Assembly: GCF_001949145.1 (NCBI RefSeq)
Contig: NW_019091358.1
Location: 2,056,240 to 2,120,239 of the forward strand
Origin: Acanthaster planci
Lineage: Eukaryota
DNA: 64,000 nucleotides
Direction of reading: 5' to 3'
Shown here in pieces: positions 26,512 to 39,639 of the stretch. The notes under the pieces are model-generated. The model was not told the DNA's origin, searched no databases, and saw only the letters and a program-made list of their open reading frames with translations. Within the stretch, counting starts at the first letter, position 1; every line of letters starts with the position of its first letter. Both the position numbers and the translations under genes were made by a program.

Positions 26512-27816
26512 CTATTCTTTGTTGCAGGCGGGGTGCGAGTTGTTGTTGGAAAAGGTGTATGTCTGGACGTATATGTTCGGTGGTGTGTCTACGAACGATG
26601 TGTCGTCAGTTGCGGCGTTGCAGGCCGTGGTGGGGCTGGTCATGGTATCCTGCTGTACGGAATGAAGTCGGAGGGTGCCCCCTCGGATGTACGTGCTACT
26701 CTCCCGGTTGGATTTGTATCGGTCCAGCTTGCTGTCCTCGGGTGAGGTGCAACATGGGCACAGATCCATCAAGTTCTTTTTGAAGTTCTCCCCAATAAAG
26801 GTGTAGATGATCGGGTTGAAACAACTGTTGGTATAGCACCACAAGGAACTTATATTGAAGGCCACTGCTAGGGCGTGGCTAATTTTCTCGCTGAAAAAAT
26901 GCACGAGCGACACGACGTTGAACGGCAACCAGCATGCCACGAAAACCAAGATGACAGACAACGTCAAAATCAGGACCCGCTTAGAAGCACGCTGGGCGGT
27001 GCCAGTCCCGTCGGAACGGATGCGAAGTTTACTCCCAAGAATCTTGATCAGCAGGGTGGAGTAACACAGGATGATGATCACCAAGGGTATGAGAAACGCC
27101 ACTAAGAACATGTACATGATGTAGAAAAATCCGTCGTCCCATGGTGGAGACTCGACGGAACAGAAGGTGAAATTCTCCATCCAAGGGTTATCTTTGGCAT
27201 TCATAAAGTACCAGGTGGGGGTGCTCAAGACGAACGAGACTAGGAACACGATCCCGCATGCTATACGGGCTGTCTTTTTGGTGCGATATCGCATGGAGGA
27301 CAGCGGATACACCACGGCTAGGTACCGGTCTGCACTCATTATTGTCAGTATGTTGACAGACGCAAACTGGTTCAAGCCGTCTACTATGCCGGAAAACTTG
27401 CACAAGATTTGACCGAAAGGCCAGTTGTTGGTGGAGATTTGGTACGCCTGCAGCGGCAGGCAAAGGACAAACATGAAGTCCACAAGAGCCAGGCTTAAGA
27501 TGTATACATTAGGTATGGTCCGCATGTTTGGGTATTTTAGAAGTACTATAATGACGAGCCCGTTACCAACAACGCCCGTGACGAACACCAGAGTGTATAC
27601 GATTGGAATCACGTATCTCTGAAACACTAAGTTAGATTGCGGTCCTCCCTCTTCATCCGTACTGAGCGTCCCATTCAAGTCGCCATGCGAGGTGAATGAT
27701 CCATTGTCGATACTCTCATCGATGCTCCCCGGGTAAGGAGTGGAGGCCAAGAGAGAATACATTTCCGATGAGGAGGAGTAGGAAGCTGGATATGAGAGGG
27801 AATTGTCTCCGATCAT
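26512..27816 (-). CDS. Intronless rhodopsin-family (class A) GPCR, somatostatin/allatostatin-C receptor-like, 434 aa
   Basis: Seven hydrophobic helices with class A motifs: GNGLV (TM1), LALVD (TM2), WPFGQILCK (ECL1/TM3 Cys), DRY, FLIPL (TM5), CWLPF (TM6) and NSCFNPIIY (TM7). MRTIPNVYILSLA and DGLNQFASVNILTIMSADRYLAVV match the somatostatin-receptor pattern (MKTxTNIYILNLA; DGINQFTS..LTVMSVDRYLAVV). N-glycosylation sequons NGS and NGT lie in the N-terminus, CPCC follows helix 8, and the tail is Ser/Thr-rich. Confidence 0.95.
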   Translation of the reverse strand: MIGDNSLSYPASYSSSSEMYSLLASTPYPGSIDESIDNGSFTSHGDLNGTLSTDEEGGPQSNLVFQRYVIPIVYTLVFVTGVVGNGLVIIVLLKYPNMRTIPNVYILSLALVDFMFVLCLPLQAYQISTNNWPFGQILCKFSGIVDGLNQFASVNILTIMSADRYLAVVYPLSSMRYRTKKTARIACGIVFLVSFVLSTPTWYFMNAKDNPWMENFTFCSVESPPWDDGFFYIMYMFLVAFLIPLVIIILCYSTLLIKILGSKLRIRSDGTGTAQRASKRVLILTLSVILVFVACWLPFNVVSLVHFFSEKISHALAVAFNISSLWCYTNSCFNPIIYTFIGENFKKNLMDLCPCCTSPEDSKLDRYKSNRESSTYIRGGTLRLHSVQQDTMTSPTTACNAATDDTSFVDTPPNIYVQTYTFSNNNSHPACNKE

Positions 27817-28054
27817 CCTAACACAATTCGGCTAGTTTATGCCAGGGGTGTGCGGCTCTAAAGAAGTTACTGGGTCGAGCGAACCCAACTTTTTTCCGTG
27901 CCGTTAACAAACACCACTCGGTTTCCCTAATGCTTCCGAAGTGTTGTTCAGGAGACGTCGATCTGTATTTTTTAAGGGACACCCGACGTTAAAACCTTCA
28001 GAGTCTGAATGCAGCTTCACTACTTCTCTTGTTAGTAACCCTCTCCTGACTAAG

Positions 28055-28230
28055 CGATCCACTGAGCGCTGCTGATATACTATTAACTACTGCGCCCGAA
28101 AAGACAAATCACTTCGATGAACGTCAACGGAGCACTGCAGAAATGTCATCAGTATCGGCACCGCCAATCACCATCGACGAGACGGTTAGCATCGAGACAC
28201 AGGGCGCCACCAGGCAGACCCGCCAACAGC
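28055..28230 (-). promoter_or_regulatory. Candidate proximal promoter of the GPCR
   Basis: CpG-richer stretch upstream of the ATG. It has an Inr-like TCAGT (minus, 28061-28065), CCAAT about 100 bp further upstream (28164-28168), a GC-box-like CCCGCC and a CTCF-like motif at 28203-28217. Confidence 0.3.
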
Positions 28231-31003
28231 TCAGACATGCAATAGATATATCGCTCACACCGCCAGGATAAGACTCCGTCAATTAAAACCACACGGCGCA
28301 CCTTTTCCTACTCCCTAAGCAAATGGACTTCGTGGGGTTTTCTGGCTGCGTGAGCAGGAAAGAATCGACTCCGGGAGCGGAAATCGAATTATCGAAAGCG
28401 AATCACCCAAGCCAATATCGTCGGTCTTATGATAATTGGAATTATGCAAAGAAGACAATGATGGGATATCGACCAGGAGCGCCAAGCGTACGGTGCGTCT
28501 CCATATTAACGAATGCATTTTTACATTGGATCTCTACATCAGGTATATACATTTTGTGTTCTTAAATCTGGTGATCCAGACGAAATGCAAACGTAATTGC
28601 GACAAAGTCATTAATAACTGGTCGCCAATTTATTTTTGTCTACAAACATATTCATCATCGGTATACGTTACAAATGACCACATAAAAAAGGGTATATATA
28701 CTCAGGGAAACAAACAAGAAAAATAAAAACTGAACCTTAGTTAATTTAACTAGGAAAATCACCATGTGCTGCACAAGTGATTATGCATATACGGAAGTCA
28801 CGTGATAGCTCTTACCATTCCTCGGTTGCCACGGACGCCAAATACAATTAGTGTGGTTTGTTTTTATGAGCAGCTGGTAACAGTGGACCGGGCGACAACA
28901 TTTTAGCTGAAGAGCTCCACGTCATTAATACTGTGGCAGCTTTTTAATTGTGCAGCAAATTATTTTTGTTCAACCAGTTCGTTGAAAAGCCTGTCAACTC
29001 CCTCTTTTAATAACTCTCATCCTGAGTGAGGTGCAAAAGGAATGAGTGACGTTGCATTCGGAAAAAAACATACGGTATGTGACGTCCAAATTGAAGGAAG
29101 AGATACAATAATGTCTGTTATGTATTTAAATTACTCCCAAACGAAGCAATATATCCCATGGGGAGTAAACGTTTGGAAACACTGAGTAACTGCATGTGCA
29201 ACACCTAGCATATAATACCCTCACTTCAAATCTAATTTCTAATTCAACAGTACTTAAATTTCAGCTATTCTCCCTATCTTTTTAGCAACACTCAGAATTT
29301 GTCCAAGATGAAGAGGAGAAATCGATATATATATGCATAGCCTATGTCAAACGTCTTATGTTACTGTGAAATATTTAAGTTCCCAAGTTTGACTGAGTTT
29401 ACGCGCATCGATTTTGGCTGTGAATGGGTACAGCACGCTTGTTTTTAAAAACTGGCAAGCATGCTAACTGCGTAGGTCAGAGTGTGCATGTATTCCACGG
29501 TGTCACACTTGTTTTTTTTTCAGTTGTAACCTTTGGCAGCAAGAAGCCAAAATTCGCTTTCGATATTAAGCCCGAGGTAGACTACGTGCCAAAGTGATAA
29601 CATCAACCCATACGTTTCGACTATGTAGTCTGCCAAACACCATTTTCAGACCAATATACATTTACACACTGACCCACATGATATCAGATTTCCTACCTAC
29701 TAATTGTGCTAGCCCCAGAGGTTTATGCGCACCTGATAATGCACCACGGCCTTGATAAATGTTCCTCACCTTTTAAGTGTGGACCAGGATGAAAAAGCAT
29801 CGCTGAAATAATCAGATCACGAGAGGGGTGATATTGTACACCTTTTACGCATTTTTTTCTCTTTTTTTTCAAATTCACAAGCACTTTCAATATGTTTTGT
29901 ACAAGAAGCATGCTATGCATAGCGCATGCTATCTATACAGTCAGAATTGTAATTTATTCCCTAAACGGGCGCGCTTAGATAAAAGCTCTTTCTCTGTAAC
30001 TCCAACACGTACTAAGCTGTCCCTGAAGTTTGTATGCTGCATATGCAAGGCAGTGGAGCACAAAATGGTAAGGGCAAGCTACCTTCTATCAGGAATTTGT
30101 AGCAATCATGTCATGTTATTCTGCCTTTGCGACAGAAGAAGATGAAGTCAAAGAGAGTGACGAAGGAGCAGCACCAGTAACCATATACACTCGATTGGCG
30201 AGAATTCTCGAGCTGGTTTTCGAACGAGTTTCACAATCACAGTGGCCGCTGGTTTGGACAAAAATTGCCCCAAGCGGTGGGATACCTCGGTGACTCAGAG
30301 AAAACATCATCTCGGAAATCAATACGCCACCGGATGCCAGGATAAATGTTTTTTGGGTCCGGTACAAGAACGCGCTAATGAAGGAAGATGTGGGGAGAAG
30401 GTTTTTTTTCTGTTTTCAATTTACGGATTGTGTTTTCGCAGCGGTGATTGGCGTTTGTTACGCCGAAGCATTCTCTTTTGGACGCACCCTCCCTAGGCTG
30501 GGGGGTTTGTAAGGGTGGCAATATTGCCCAGAAAACTGCCCCAGGGTGCAAAATATTTTCTCCGGTACTTGAATTGCCCAAAAGCCTGGGGGTTAGGGAG
30601 AGTGTCTCGACCTAAAAATGAATGTAACTGTTCAAATTTTATAAAGGAAAGGAACATAATGCACCACCAAAGCTGATTTCACCCTTTTATAATATCTAAC
30701 TATGCAGTTTTGTATAAAAGATTACAAGTTCGATAATACAACGTGCACACAGATAACAAATTAGGTCTGTTTAGAAAAAAAAAAAGGGTTCAGACCTTGA
30801 CTTGAATCTAGGACTGCACGAAGAAATCACACTACCCCCTGGTTAGGTTTGTGTCCTTATCCGCTGTATTTCAAGATTTCTGCCTTCAGTCGAAAGGTTC
30901 TTAGAGCGCCTGCTATTGACTCTTAATTTGAGGAATGATGATGACGTCTCAGGACATAAAAACATTTCGTCAAGTGCCTGGAGAAGGACTTAAGCGCTTT
31001 CAC

Positions 31004-31304
31004 CCTTTTTGCCGGGAGGCATGATCACTGAAAACAAAATCTCGGCAAAAAGGACGTATCCTTGCAACTGTTTTATTTAAATGAAATATAAAGATTTCTT
31101 TCCAAGATGTTTATCAAAAATTTCCCAAGTCGTTTAATAAGTTTTTCAAAGGTTGCTTTTTTATAAAGCCTGTGTTGATTTTATAGTAAATTTTATCCGT
31201 TTTTACTAAATAAAGAGAGTGTGTTTCTTGCATTCTTTTGCCGGGAACAGTTTTTCTGCTGCGATCAAACTTCCCGGCAAAATGGTATAAGCGCCTTTGC
31301 CGGG
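31004..31304. repeat. Twin hairpins built from a TTTGCCGGG motif
   Basis: CCTTTTTGCCGGGA / TCTCGGCAAAAAGG (31004-31053), TTTTGCCGGGAA / TTCCCGGCAAAA (31236-31282), and a fifth copy at 31295-31304. Confidence 0.6.
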
Positions 31305-32609
31305 CACACGACTATTTTTTGAAGTTGATGCCAAGACATAATTAAATGGCAGAGACGAGGTGGTCTCCCAGACCCAACCATTGCAGCCATTTTATGGGGT
31401 AAAATTTTTAGGATTCTAAGATTTCGACGTTTTATGATTCTTTGACAAAGACTCCTTTATCAGGTGGTGTTCCAAAGGCACGTGTCATTAGCCAAGACAC
31501 AATGGTTGCCAGTGCGTGAACCTGAATTGAAGGGCGCCCGAGAATATCGACCATGGCAATGACAAAAGGCTGACGTGTAATGGATGATCACTTTCAGATG
31601 GCAGTCACTCTGTTTACACAGGTCATCGGGGCTGAACTCAGTTGGACAAGTTTGATGTATGAGAAACACGAATGTGAGATGGGGAGCTAGGGCTGAATAA
31701 CTAGATCATGTATACCACGCAGCTGGAAGGTGGCATTTAAAACGACGGGGAAACGCCCTCTGCACACGGCAACGAAGACGATCGAGTTAGACGTAAACCG
31801 CTGGAAAACAAAGCCCACACCCTTTAACCGAAACCGCTGCAGGAGAGTTCCAATTTCAGTCCAACTCTTGGTGTGTAGCTCTCAGCTGCATTTCATTGAT
31901 CTGTGATTTATTTGATGGAAAGGTTTACGTACCGTGGATTTCGAGATGATCCTCAAGTCGCTGCCATTTTTGGCGGTGCTGCGCTGTATTTTTTTCCTGT
32001 AAATTTTCACAGAATCAATAATATACTGTAAATGAATTAAAGTAATTTTTGATAGTAAATCAGTGTCATTTTATTTGCAGTAATGAACTATAAACCAACA
32101 CCAATAAATTTCGTTTAATTTACATCGATTCAATGTAGCAAGCCATGATAAGCTACCGTTTTCATTGATTACAGATTTTTTCCACACGTGTATTATCCAG
32201 GTATGAGTTTTGTCGATAAAGATTGATCAATAGAGTTTAAGTATACCGGCAAGTATAATTAACAATAAGACAAAGATTTCCTTACGTTGTATCCAGAAGT
32301 CTTGATCACAGCCGTACTTCAGTTATGTTCTTGAAATGCACTTCCATGGTACAATAAATGCACTGGTAGGCCCTTCTCATGTAAAATTTGGTACTTGAAA
32401 AAGTAAGATTTTTCATTTTTCCTGTACGTTTTATAATTTAGGCAGTGAAAGGCGTTTATGTGTAAAACTTCATCCAAAAATTACAAACATTTGTCAGAGT
32501 AATGTCAAATGCTTACGACTAGAGAATGAAAAATGACAAATTAAATAACTTTATTAAGAAAGTAAAAACGCCCCTTTCGTGTCGGCATGCAAACTGAGAT
32601 CAAAGCTTA

Positions 32610-32775
32610 CACGGTAAAATATTGCTGTTAAATATACATTATTGTACTTCATTTCTTAAAAGCACAGTTAATACGTGTAACAAACACGTTTGTTTACTGT
32701 AAACATCCTTTACAGTGAGATAACGTTGTAAAATACAGAATACAAGCATATATAATAATGATATTTTACGTTGTG
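32610..32775. repeat. Old palindromic MITE-like repeat
   Basis: Ends CACGGTAAAATATTGCTGTTA / TAATAATGATATTTTACGTTGTG, with a central hairpin ACTGTAAA-CATCC-TTTACAGT at 32696-32716. Confidence 0.5.
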
Positions 32776-33564
32776 CATGTTGGACGTAGTTGCTGGAATT
32801 TTCCTCTGGTAATGACTGCCTACATGACTTAATTTCACACTGCAACATAAATGCAAACTAACCAAAACGCAAAACATAGACTAGACATAGGGCTCAAGAA
32901 CGAGTGGGTGGGGATGAAGCACCGAAATGGTATTCCTGGTCGGAGTTGTGGGAGAGAGTAGCTGGTTCCAAATCAGCGTAAGACGGTTTGGTATGTTTCA
33001 TTCATTCCTGTCCTACTCCAACGCTCTACAATCAAAACTGCAGTAGTAGGGAACAGCAACATGACTCATTCAATTAAATAAAGCGTGGCGGCTAGCCAAA
33101 GACAAGAATCACATTGACAAATTTAAGAGTTGATTTCCTGAGATGGGTAAGTGCGTTTCTGGACGAGCTCTACATGATGATATTGTACATTGACAAGAGT
33201 AAAGTTAAGGAAACTACAATGCACTACAGGGTTCTTACCTTACTGCAAGTTCGACAGTCTTTTCGGAACATTCAATCATATATTACAAATTCTGGGAAGG
33301 AGGTTTCTGCAACATCTATCTGTTATCACCGTGTGTGTGATACGTGCTGTTTACAGATAAATTGAAATGCTAAACATAACCCCGTGGCCCCGCGAATGCT
33401 ATTTACTGTAATAGACATATATTGATTCGCCGGTCTCTGTGGTGAGCAAACTAATGATCTCGTACGTTGTAGTAGACAGCGGTAGTGGTTATTCTAAGGT
33501 TTTGTTCCCACTGCGTAGACTGAAAAAAGAGCTTTGTGGATTGTTGGTAGATTTTGAACTGGCT

Positions 33565-33608
33565 CAGGGGCGGATGCAGGGATTTTTTGGGGTGGGTGGG
33601 GGGTTGGG
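33565..33608 (+). mobile_element. Orphan MITE terminus (CAGGGGCGGATCCAGG-type)
   Basis: CAGGGGCGGATGCAGGGATTTTTTGGGG. A related end in the opposite orientation lies at about 364-396 (AAAATTCCTGGATCTGGCCCTG). Confidence 0.45.
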
Positions 33609-36600
33609 CCTGTTTGATTTTTTTTTTACTTCTGATTAACGTTGACAGGTGACACGTAAGTGGTGCAGTACAATGTTTATGATGCACAAATAATAACACT
33701 CTATCATCTTTTTTATAGGTTTCCTTCGCATTTCAAACAGTTAATTTCAAATTCTTCCTAAAAAATCGAGACTTGTCTTATCCTGTTTAATTTCGTCTTT
33801 GATGAATATTTTTGCATTTTGTGCAAACATTTTGATACATTGACTGTACGCTTTCGTGAAAGACAGTTCAATTCTGTGGTCCAAAATTGCCGAACGTTCA
33901 AGAGATACAAAAATTATGTCATTTGCAAATAATGTTTTCTATTAAAAAAATCGTCACGGTGATTGTCTACTATCTTCGGCATTTGACGTGTGCCTCTTTT
34001 TTCTGCTTTAAGCATGCTTTAAACATTTTGTGTCTGTTTAGCATAACCCTTGTTAAACATAGTTCTACAACCTCCAATAAGCAAACTTATACTTTTTTTC
34101 CTTACTTGCTGTATCTGTGTGGGTTCATTTACTTCTTTAAAAGCTTTATGCGCAAACGACTGAGGAAATAAGCTCAATAAATAGGCTTATGAAGGAGCCT
34201 TCATTCTCAACTTCATACTGTAAATAGGCCATACCTATAAAACAAATTGCATTAATTTTTAACATCTTTCACAAACAGTTGGTTTAGCTGTTGTCCGTTG
34301 GAATGGCTGTCTAAATTGTAACGCAAAGACGTACGTGCGTGGCAGTATACTGTTCGTTGAATTTCATCGAAACATTTTTGAAATGGGTTGAACAGAGGCT
34401 AATTCAATCTTTGCATTATGTACATGATCACCTCATTAGACCAATCCATTATGACGTCATCGAATGGACAAATGTTGAAAAAGATCGACCATCGGTGATT
34501 TGGAATAGTCAATGGTTAGCATCGGCGTGTTTCAGTCTACTCGAGACTAATTTGAAGTTAACCGTCTATGAATTTGAATGAAAAAAGTTGCAAAATGTGC
34601 GAAAATCAAAATTAATATAACTACTATTTTCTATTACAGGTTTTCCTGTTTAATTTAGAGTGTATAGTTAAGGTTTGAATTAGCAGTTATGTGGACGTCA
34701 TTTTTGTTGTGATTCAAAACTAAGAAAGAATAGGCCGAAGAAATCAGGCATAATAATTATATAACTCAGTTACGTAATTTGGCTTTCTCTTCTTAATTAG
34801 ATTAAAGGTCAAACGCTTTATGTACAAATTTATTTCACTGGCGAAAATGAATAATCTCACTTTGAGATCACTCGCATTTTAACTCTGAAATGATAACGAG
34901 ACTTGAGGTAATAGACCTGTCACAGAATACAATCTCGAGTGATAAATAATGTCATTTGAACTCAACCAAAACGGAATTACGCTACTTGAAAATGCTATAT
35001 TTGAATATTAATTCTTCGGCAATTTGTAACTAGGCATCCCAGCCAATATTTGCGCCTAGAATTGGCCTTGCGTCAGCCCTGGACGTAGACACCAATTTAT
35101 GGACAGGCCGCGTAGCAATGATTTTTCTAAACAGCGAAATAAATCAGCCGGAATGCCGCTAGATTGACAGGTCTGGTAAGTTCATTACCTCGGGCCATCT
35201 GCCTCCCTTTTTCCGCTCTGATTTGAATATTTCTTCCATGTTGTTTACGATAGCCGGTCAGGAATGATTCCGAACAAACAGAGCGACGCTTAGGTTGCCA
35301 TTAATCTGGCATTTATTGCCCTTCGGAACGTGTCGAATTCGATTGTGTTCACACTCAAGATGGAGTGGGATTTTTCACCTTCTTTAAATTAAAAGACATT
35401 TATAACACGTTTTCAGTTAGCTGTTTAACATAACCCTTATTCTACAGAAACGTGTTTTCAGCACTACGTTGTTATAATCAGCTTACGTAAGATAAATTTA
35501 GTCCATAAAAAGGTTCCCCAAACTTAGAATTTCCATGCGTCTGATGGGACATCTTTACGACTGATAAGCTTGAGAGACAAACTGGCGATATAAGTGCAAG
35601 TATAATTTTGCTAAGAAATACGCAAAACGATTATATTTACGAAGGGATTTTCACGGAATTGAGTTTTAAACAAGAGCAACATCATCCCTCCGGAATTTGT
35701 GATGTTGAATATTTCTTTTCTCTGGGTGTTTTTTGCAGTTTTTACCTATTATGTGTTTTATGTTAAATATGTTTTGCTTGTCGGTAGTAAAAATTGCGAC
35801 GAGACATGTTGTAATGCCCCATAAGCTGTCATTACAGCTTTTCGGGAATTGCAATAAATGTATTCCTGGATTCATCAACTTAATCTGGGGAAAATGAAAT
35901 TAATTTGCCACGGTTGTATCAGAGATCTGATAGCATCCCCCTCCCCTTCAAGGAGATGGAAATTCTCTCGACGGGGTATGTATATCCCGTTATATATTGA
36001 CCCGGTTCGGCTTAGCTTACCCGTGGACAGGGCCAGGTCGAGATAGGTAATAAACCGGTCTCGGGTGTCGGCCACGAGGGAGCGATGGGGATTAAATCAA
36101 AGTTTGCCTTCTGCCCCGAAAACAGGCCGTGGAGGCGAAATGAAGGTCTCACCTTTAAGTTCTCCGCCGGACTGCATTCAGACGGTCCACCGAGAGGGAT
36201 CGCGCAAACATGCGGATGGGGATTGTTTCTTAATCATAGCGGCTGCGAAGTTTGAGTTCTCATCCATTTCACATGAGGTCGGCGGCACTGTGCCAACAGG
36301 CAGCCTGGAGATGTAATTAGGTAGTACTGGGTGTCCTAGGAGGGGTGGGGTTGGCAAAGGTGCTATGAGACGTCCATTCCGTGGTAGAACTTAAGAAGTT
36401 CGGGATTGTATAAGGATTCTTGGAAGTGGTGCATAGGCTAGGAGGGGTATGTTACCAGGCACCTCCTTTGCTTCTTGAGGTTCTAAGCGGTTGGAAAGAC
36501 GTTAAGTTTGAACTGGCACGTTTTCGACAATTTCTTATACTCAAAGATGCATGACTTATCACGCTGTATGTGAACACTACGGTAGTACTCAGGGTACTGA

Positions 36601-39600
36601 GTACTGAGTCATACCTCTACAGAGATATGGTGGCAATACAACAGTCTGTTACTGACAGTTGTAGGCCTGTGGAATAAGAGAGTGTTAGAGATATCGTTAA
36701 GTCTTGGCCTCGCTGAAGAAACTTTGTTACAAACTTTGCAAGAGAAGTGACTGCAGAAGCGTAACTAGAATTTTTGCTGACGTTGTGGCATAAGTCGACA
36801 TTGTTTTTGAAAAATAATGTTAGAACTGTTGTTAAAAGTCCATTTATGGGTTTCCGAGTCAAAGAAAAAAATGTCAAATTTTCTCTTTTGCCTTGATGTT
36901 CAGCGGTTAGAAGACTACAGTTTTTTATTTCACTCCTATAAATAAATTATCTAAACATTTTGCAATTAAATGAAAGTAGATTTTTCAAGGAATAATTATC
37001 AAATTAACCATTGCACATCCCTTCTTCCATTTAAATAATTACTAAACATCTTTTAATCATGCAAGGTACTGGAGCCATGCTCATTTTAATTGTCGTTTGT
37101 GATTGTTCTTGTTAATTATTCTCCTTGAGTACACAGATAATTGCTACTTGTTCACACACCAAAATGGCGCAGAAATAGTCTTAGCAGTTGGGGTGAGTGG
37201 AGAGAAACGACAACTTCGTTTTGCAGCTGTCAGCTTTCTAAGTGGACAGTCCCAACGCCAGTGCCACACTTCAGGCTTTTGCACAGGCTTTCGTGTACAC
37301 TGTTAAGATGCAGTGTACTGAGAACCCCAGTTGCTTGTTGTTTGAAGAAACGCTGTTGAGTAATATTCTTTATCCCGTGCATGGTCGTGCTGAATAGTTC
37401 ATGGAGGATTTTGCCTTCTCTGTTGTCCCATAAATCCGATTAATTTATCTTTTCTTTATTGCTAGACCTAAAAAAAAATCTGTGTTTAACTTTCCTTTTC
37501 ATTTAAAGTAAGTTACATCAAAACGGTAACGAAGCTCTAGCGGCTCTTTTGGCTTCAGATGATAGAGATGACAATAGATGGATATCTGCGCCAGCAAGAA
37601 GCAGATTAAAATATTTGGCTATTTTCTTCGACCTCTTATTGGCAAGCCCCGTATTATCAGGAATTTGCAAGATCTTGTGAAAGAAAAAAGAAATTTGCTA
37701 GGACGTGCAAGAACTCACCACAACCGTGCTTTTCGGGATCTGCTGCTTGTTTGCAAATCTGATGTTGTAGTCATTGGTTATACTTTGTCCGTAACCCTCG
37801 GTTGGAGTTTTACCAGGGAAATGCAAAGTTCAACGTTTGGCTTGTGCTCCTGTGTTGGATATATAGCACACTTCTACGTAGGCATCACAGACAAAAATGC
37901 TCGAAATTATAAAGGTATATTTGTGAAGATATAATATACAGTCTATGATTACAAATGTAAACAGACGTCCTAAATAAAGAACCAAGATGATGCCAAAAAG
38001 CTCATGGGGTTTCTGAGAAAGAGTAAAATTGCAAATTTTTTTAAAAAGTGCATTTTGTAAACAGAGAAATATTGTTCATCAAGAATTTACTGTACATTAA
38101 TTACCTCTGAAAATTCATATTCGCTACTCTTCTTGAGCAACTTTCTTTTGTCCACCTGTAATTGAATTTCGGTGAATTTTCAAGCAAGAAGGGGAGAGAA
38201 CTTGTAAGTTCAGAAAAGAAAAAAGCCGTCGATATTACTGCAGATTTTAATGAGTCAACGAGGCACACATCATTCGTTTACTTCTTACCCTTGCCTGTTG
38301 TTATTGACTCAAAAGTGTACGCCATGAAAACGATCTGAGCCTGGTAAATATTCCCCAGACAAATATCCTAATCCTGAGATCCAAAATCATTTGCATGGCA
38401 AATGTTCCCGTTCTCCGTTATGAGACCCACCTTCAACCTCATCTTCAAAAGGAGAAAAGGAAAAAATCGATAGTGTAAACCACTTCCCCTGGGAATGTGC
38501 CAGCTACGCTAACAGAATATCTGGGGCGGGGTTGTTGTCTCACTTTCTCTCATTTAGTCCGGATTTATCGATTTGTCAGGTTTTATGTCCATCGAATAAA
38601 CAAACAGTCTTCTTGACATTCACCTGATTAATTTTGCAGTAATTACATGTTGTAATATGAGTGTATAAAACAAGAACGAACCTATCTCGTCAGTGCCGTG
38701 GAAAATGTACAGAAAATAAAGCTGCTGACTTTCGCAGTCTTTTGGTCTGATTTTATTGTTTACTTTATTGTATTTTTTAGAGCAAGGTCACAGCAGATTT
38801 ACAAAAAGAAAAAAGGTACAGTTTTGTGAAATGTAATTTACTCCTTTTTTACATAATCAACGGCTGAGTTTTTATTTTATTTTATTTATTCATTTATTTA
38901 GTTTCAAAGAATTAGGCCAAGTGTAAATAAATTCATGCGTAAAAAAAATTATAACTGGTATGGAGCGACTCGGAGGAATCTCGCGGAGTTTATTTGATTT
39001 AATATGTTGAATTTTGTAATATAATTCTCAAATATGGTAGAGCAGCCTTAGAAGCTTAAACCAAGTCGAACTGATGCAAGGGATTACTCGTGTTATTACT
39101 ACGCAAGTGAAAAATTCGCACATCGTCCCCAGGCCGCACAAGCTCTTAACATGCTCAATCGAAATCACAGGTACAACATAAAACGATGTGGAAGCGTTTC
39201 ATCAGCCTAGGGCAATGTGCTGGTGGGTTGTGTGAATATTACAGGCTGAGTAGCTCTGAATTAGTTCTTATCTCCCTGACCGTATTAGGCGCAGTGAAGT
39301 CGGGCAGTGTCCCTTGGCATTTTAACGTTGTTAAAGTCGTTCACGTTAGGGAAGTCTGCTTCTGCAACACACTCCTTGTATAATCCTCTTTGCGTAAATG
39401 CGGAGGATGGAGAGGACTTTAATTGCAGACTCCCCCATCTCTAAATTTATGCTCATTAGGCCAGCAATCCCTGATTTTTCGACCATGTTATTTCCCACTT
39501 AATTAATATGTCCATGGCTGTCATCGCCGTGCATTTTCACAATCTGAGTCACGACGACAGTTGACGTCACCGATACCATCGTGGTAATTGCTTCTGTGTT

Positions 39601-39639
39601 TTTTATTTTTCTCTATTTTTCACCAGCCAATTGTGAATG

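Noticed and set aside
26470..26514. Stop-codon readthrough of the receptor (TAG CTT..., short extension)
   Set aside because: The context is not the UGA-CUAG motif known from opioid receptors, and nothing else supports readthrough.
26500..27622. Several plus-strand and alternative-frame ORFs overlapping the GPCR
   Set aside because: They are shadow ORFs caused by the codon structure of the real minus-strand gene and have no recognisable domains.
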